Source: a bacterium
Lineage (GTDB): Bacteria > Cyanobacteriota > Vampirovibrionia > Gastranaerophilales > JBAXKC01
Length of the DNA: 22,402 nt
Assembly: GCA_037137535.1 (NCBI GenBank)
Contig: JBAXKC010000041.1
Span: 1 to 22,402 of the forward strand
Direction of reading: 5' to 3'
Made by a program: the position numbers and the translations under genes. Below, piece by piece: positions 17,632 through 22,402 of the stretch (within the stretch, counting starts at the first letter, position 1; each line of letters begins with the position of its first letter). The notes under the pieces are model-generated. The model worked only from the letters and a program-made list of their open reading frames with translations, was not told the origin of the DNA and made no database searches.

Positions 17632-18627
17632 ATGAGTACAAAATATTTAACATCTAAAGGTATTTTAGAGCGGAAAGATAATTCGCTTAATTTTAAAAAC
17701 GAGAATGGCAATAATTATATTCCCATTGAGGATATCACTGAAATTTATTGCTTAGATGAAATTTCATTTAATACTAAATTGATAGATTTTTTATCAAAAA
17801 ATGGAATTATTCTACATCTTTTTAATCATTATGAGGGGTATTCGGGAACTTTTTATCCTAGAGAAAAGTATGTAAGCGGAAAATTAACAATAAAACAGGT
17901 TGAAACTTATCATAATAAAAGAGAGGAAATATCAAAAGCTATTGTAAAAGGGATTTCTATTAATATATATGAAGTTTTATATCATTATTACAGGCATGGA
18001 AAAAATGAATTGAAAGAATATCTTGACTGGCTTAAAAATGAAGTAGCCGATGAAATACAAAAATGTATTACGGTTAATGAAGTGATGTTGGTTGAAGCCA
18101 AAATATGGAATTTATTTTATGAATCATTTTCTGTTTTTTTAAGAGAAGATTTTGTATTTAATAAAAGAGTTAAACAGCCACCTGATAACCCTATTAATGC
18201 ACTTATTTCTTTTGGTAATTCTATTTTATATTCAAAAACAATAAGTCAAATATATCAAACACATCTTGATCAAACAATCAGCTTTTTACATTCTCCAAGT
18301 ATCTCAAGGTTTTCTTTGAGTTTAGATTTATGTGAGGTTTTTAAGCCTGTAATAGTATATAAAACTATTTTTGATTGTGTAAATAATAAAAAAATTAATG
18401 TACAAAAACATTTTGATAAAAATCTTAATTATTGTCTTTTAAATGATACAGGAAGAAAAATTTTCATTTCTGAATTAGAAGAACGAATGAGACATACATT
18501 TGAAAATAAAACCTTAAAACGTAAAGTTTCATATTTAAAAGCAATTAAATATGATGGTTATAAATTAATAAAAACTATTTTAGAGGATAAAGAATTCATT
18601 CCTTTTTCATTGAAAGATAAAGAATGA
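17632..18627 (+). CDS. cas1: Type I-B Cas1 integrase
   Basis: RKDNSL, HLFNHYEGYSGTFYP, MLVEA, KRVKQPPDNPINALISFGNS, SFLH, RFSLSLDLCEVFKP. Confidence 0.97.
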   Translation: MSTKYLTSKGILERKDNSLNFKNENGNNYIPIEDITEIYCLDEISFNTKLIDFLSKNGIILHLFNHYEGYSGTFYPREKYVSGKLTIKQVETYHNKREEISKAIVKGISINIYEVLYHYYRHGKNELKEYLDWLKNEVADEIQKCITVNEVMLVEAKIWNLFYESFSVFLREDFVFNKRVKQPPDNPINALISFGNSILYSKTISQIYQTHLDQTISFLHSPSISRFSLSLDLCEVFKPVIVYKTIFDCVNNKKINVQKHFDKNLNYCLLNDTGRKIFISELEERMRHTFENKTLKRKVSYLKAIKYDGYKLIKTILEDKEFIPFSLKDKE

Positions 18628-18905
18628 AAAAAAATTATAATTATGCTTTTGTGTTTTACGATATTTCAGAAAAAAGAGTTCAAAAAGTTTTTAAAATATG
18701 TAAAAAATATTTAATCCATTATCAATATTCTGTTTTTAGAGGTGAAATCACCCCTTCTAATATAATAAAAATGCAAAATGAATTTAAAAAAGTCATAAAT
18801 CCAAAAAATGATTTTATAAGTATTATTTTAATGCAAGGAGATTATGTGTTTGAGGAAAAAATAATTGGAACATCTAAAAAAGATACAGAAGATATATTTT
18901 TATAA
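18624..18905 (+). CDS. cas2: Cas2
   Basis: FVFYDISEKRVQKVFKICKKYL, QYSVFRGEIT. ATGA overlap with cas1. Confidence 0.96.
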   Translation: MKKNYNYAFVFYDISEKRVQKVFKICKKYLIHYQYSVFRGEITPSNIIKMQNEFKKVINPKNDFISIILMQGDYVFEEKIIGTSKKDTEDIFL

Positions 18906-19081
18906 AATTTACCAAGTACAATAATATTTAAAATGAGAGAAAAGGCTTTAAATAATAATTATAAGGCTATTATTCAGTTTAATATTAAAATAAATAAAAA
19001 AGCTGGAAAAAAATTTTAAAAAAGACTATCTTGCCTTTATTTGCCGATTTAAGTAATATTTTTTTATGGTATATTTACTGT
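18906..19081 (+). promoter_or_regulatory. CRISPR leader
   Basis: 176-bp AT-rich non-coding stretch between cas2 and repeat 1. Candidate promoter TTGCCT (19031-19036)-17 bp-TAATAT (19054-19059). Confidence 0.8.
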
Positions 19082-22000
19082 ATTGAAGATTAACATTTGA
19101 TGTATTTAAATATGTGTAGGCAAGGTTTACCTGACTACGTAATTACAATTGAAGATTAACATTTGATGTATTTAAATATATATTGGTTAGTTTTTTTGTC
19201 TTTTTGCCACTTCATTGAAGATTAACATTTGATGTATTTAAATCCAAGAGAAACCGAAGTATATAATCTTGCATTGCAGATTGAAGATTAACATTTGATG
19301 TATTTAAATCCGCAGAAAAGCGGGAGCAATTGGAAGAAATTATTATTGAAGATTAACATTTGATGTATTTAAATCCGGGAAGAACACACCAAACTTCACA
19401 GTTATTCTTTATTGAAGATTAACATTTGATGTATTTAAATGAATACAAATGGTATACATATATGGCAAGACCTGATTGAAGATTAACATTTGATGTATTT
19501 AAATGCAATATGTATTTAGGGCAAGATTTCGGATTTAATCATTGAAGATTAACATTTGATGTATTTAAATCCTTTTAATTTGCCGATAATAACATCAATG
19601 CCTTATTGAAGATTAACATTTGATGTATTTAAATATAGGTGTATCAATATATTGATTAGTTTTTTTATTTATTGAAGATTAACATTTGATGTATTTAAAT
19701 TAGCAGTTACTAAGTCAGCAAAAGTCTGTACAGCTATTGAAGATTAACATTTGATGTATTTAAATAAACTAACACAAAGTAAATATTTAGGAAGTCGCCT
19801 ATTGAAGATTAACATTTGATGTATTTAAATTGTTACTATGTATATATACCCCATTGAACACACACCATTGAAGATTAACATTTGATGTATTTAAATTAAA
19901 AACCACCTTTAAAAAGTTACTACTATAAAACAATTGAAGATTAACATTTGATGTATTTAAATTTGTAATTTATTTTAATTTCCATTTTAATTACCTATAT
20001 TGAAGATTAACATTTGATGTATTTAAATAAACTTTGCGGATGAGATAACAATAAACAAAGGTAGATTGAAGATTAACATTTGATGTATTTAAATTTAATT
20101 TAAAGCAAAAAAAAACCCTTTGGAATAAACCATTGAAGATTAACATTTGATGTATTTAAATGATACTGGTTTTTCTTTGGGAAGAGTCATATCTAAAATT
20201 GAAGATTAACATTTGATGTATTTAAATCAGCTATGACTACAGAAGATAAGATGGAACGTGATATTGAAGATTAACATTTGATGTATTTAAATATATGGCC
20301 TGAAAAGAAATGAATCTGTGGACCTGTTATTGAAGATTAACATTTGATGTATTTAAATAAAGTATCTCCGCTTAGGCGACTTCCTAAATATTTAATTGAA
20401 GATTAACATTTGATGTATTTAAATGCATAGAGTTAAGAGGATTAAAAGATGAGCATTAATTGAAGATTAACATTTGATGTATTTAAATCAGACAACAGAA
20501 TGGCTGATTTAACAGCTCAATTATTGAAGATTAACATTTGATGTATTTAAATTGGAATGTAGAAGATATAAAAAGATTACTCGATGTAATTGAAGATTAA
20601 CATTTGATGTATTTAAATACAGGCTCTAACTCTTTTCTACGCTCCTCGATTTATTGAAGATTAACATTTGATGTATTTAAATCCAACATCAGGAGTATTA
20701 GTTGATAAATGTATAGATTGAAGATTAACATTTGATGTATTTAAATTAATCTACTTCGTTAACACCAACGGCGTACATTTCATTGAAGATTAACATTTGA
20801 TGTATTTAAATTAGCAGTTACTAAGTCAGCAAAAGTTTGAACTGCTGATTGAAGATTAACATTTGATGTATTTAAATAGTCTTTTTATAATGTCTGTTAA
20901 TGCCTCTAAACCATTGAAGATTAACATTTGATGTATTTAAATTCATACCCAGTTGTCAACACTCCTACATTAACAAGAAATTGAAGATTAACATTTGATG
21001 TATTTAAATGACTTTACAGAATTTACTTTTACTGATGGCAGGAAGATTGAAGATTAACATTTGATGTATTTAAATTAGGTAATATCTTGTAATAACATAT
21101 CTTTAGTATTTATTGAAGATTAACATTTGATGTATTTAAATGTAGTTAAGTGTTTATTTTACACTTTATAACATATTAATTGAAGATTAACATTTGATGT
21201 ATTTAAATTAGGTAAAAACATAAAGGGGGTATATTTTGACCACGTATTGAAGATTAACATTTGATGTATTTAAATGACAATAGTCCGAGTTTATCAATTA
21301 ATCTAAAAAAATTGAAGATTAACATTTGATGTATTTAAATTATAAATGTTAATACATGGTGTAAGTGGTTATAGTGATTGAAGATTAACATTTGATGTAT
21401 TTAAATCTATTAAAAATAGTATGCACATTTTAAACACCTTAATTGAAGATTAACATTTGATGTATTTAAATAGACGTAGAAAACAAATCGGGTGATGATT
21501 TAACGGATTGAAGATTAACATTTGATGTATTTAAATATCAAAGCGGGATATGCTCCGGCTTTAAAAGCGCAGGATTGAAGATTAACATTTGATGTATTTA
21601 AATAAAGGTTGGATATTTCCTATTTTTCGTTATCCTGAATTGAAGATTAACATTTGATGTATTTAAATTTGTCTAAAATAAAAACTATTCTATTGAATTC
21701 TTTTATTGAAGATTAACATTTGATGTATTTAAATAAAGCCTTGAAGGCTGGCAGAAAAAAGATTATTTATTGAAGATTAACATTTGATGTATTTAAATTC
21801 AACAAGACCTTTGTATCCTTCAGGAATTTTAAAGCATTGAAGATTAACATTTGATGTATTTAAATTGGCAAAAATACGGACAAAAAGAAATTTGTTGTTA
21901 GAATTGAAGATTAACATTTGATGTATTTAAATTGCAATTCCAAACACTCAAATAACAATTTTAAATAATTGAAGATTAACATTTGATGTATTTAAATAGC

Positions 22001-22321
22001 TGTATAATAATTGTATTACTCCACAAATTATATTGAAGATTAACATTTGATGTATTTAAATATCAGATGAAGATATTTTACCGGCAGGCTTTACTTTATT
22101 GAAGATTAACATTTGATGTATTTAAATAAATACGACAGGCGATAAAATGACTGTTCTATTTATTGAAGATTAACATTTGATGTATTTAAATGACCAACGT
22201 CAAAGTTGGTCTTGATGGCTTTAACGATTGAAGATTAACATTTGATGTATTTAAATCGCTTTAAATAATTTGATCGAAAAATCGTACAATAATTGAAGAT
22301 TAACATTTGATGTATTTAAAT
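19082..22321 (+). CRISPR. Type I-B CRISPR array: 50 repeats ATTGAAGATTAACATTTGATGTATTTAAAT, 49 spacers of 34-37 nt
   Basis: Counted by hand: repeat 1 at 19082-19111, repeat 50 at 22292-22321, all identical as read. Orientation inferred from the leader position and the 3' ATTTAAAT handle-like end. Confidence 0.99.
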
Positions 22322-22402
22322 AGAGTTTCAAATTCTTCGGTAAAAGCTGGGAGCTTAAATAATTTGTCTGATTCTCCGATAGAATCGAGTTAGAATAAAG
22401 AA

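Noticed and set aside
19082-22321. Self-targeting spacers against this window
   Set aside because: By eye only short matches of about 10 nt were found (e.g. atttgccgat in spacer 8 and the leader). An exhaustive alignment was not possible.

Overview
AT-rich bacterial window with three parts. (1) 153-6169: an EF-hand low-complexity protein converging, across a bidirectional terminator, on a tight minus-strand four-gene operon (two DJ-1/PfpI-type proteins, glycogen debranching enzyme GlgX, a long AGE-family epimerase-like protein). (2) ~6280-10176: an accessory/defence-like segment with decayed IS630 and IS5 transposase remnants, a DUF4145-like protein with a C-terminal membrane anchor, and a PD-(D/E)XK nuclease divergent from an HTH-WYL regulator. 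(3) 10339-22321: a complete type I-B CRISPR-Cas locus (cas6-cas8b-cas7-cas5-cas3-cas4-cas1-cas2), a leader, and an array of 50 identical 30-nt repeats with 49 spacers of 34-37 nt. The main observations are a shared CGTC-N7-GACA box in both the WYL/nuclease and cas6 promoter regions, a probable internally translated Cas11 in cas8b, a strong hairpin with an antisense SD between cas5 and cas3, and three spacer pairs that hit the same invader loci. One pair exposes a candidate 5'-TCA PAM and another differs only at synonymous sites. All family calls come from motif recognition by eye; no database searches were run.
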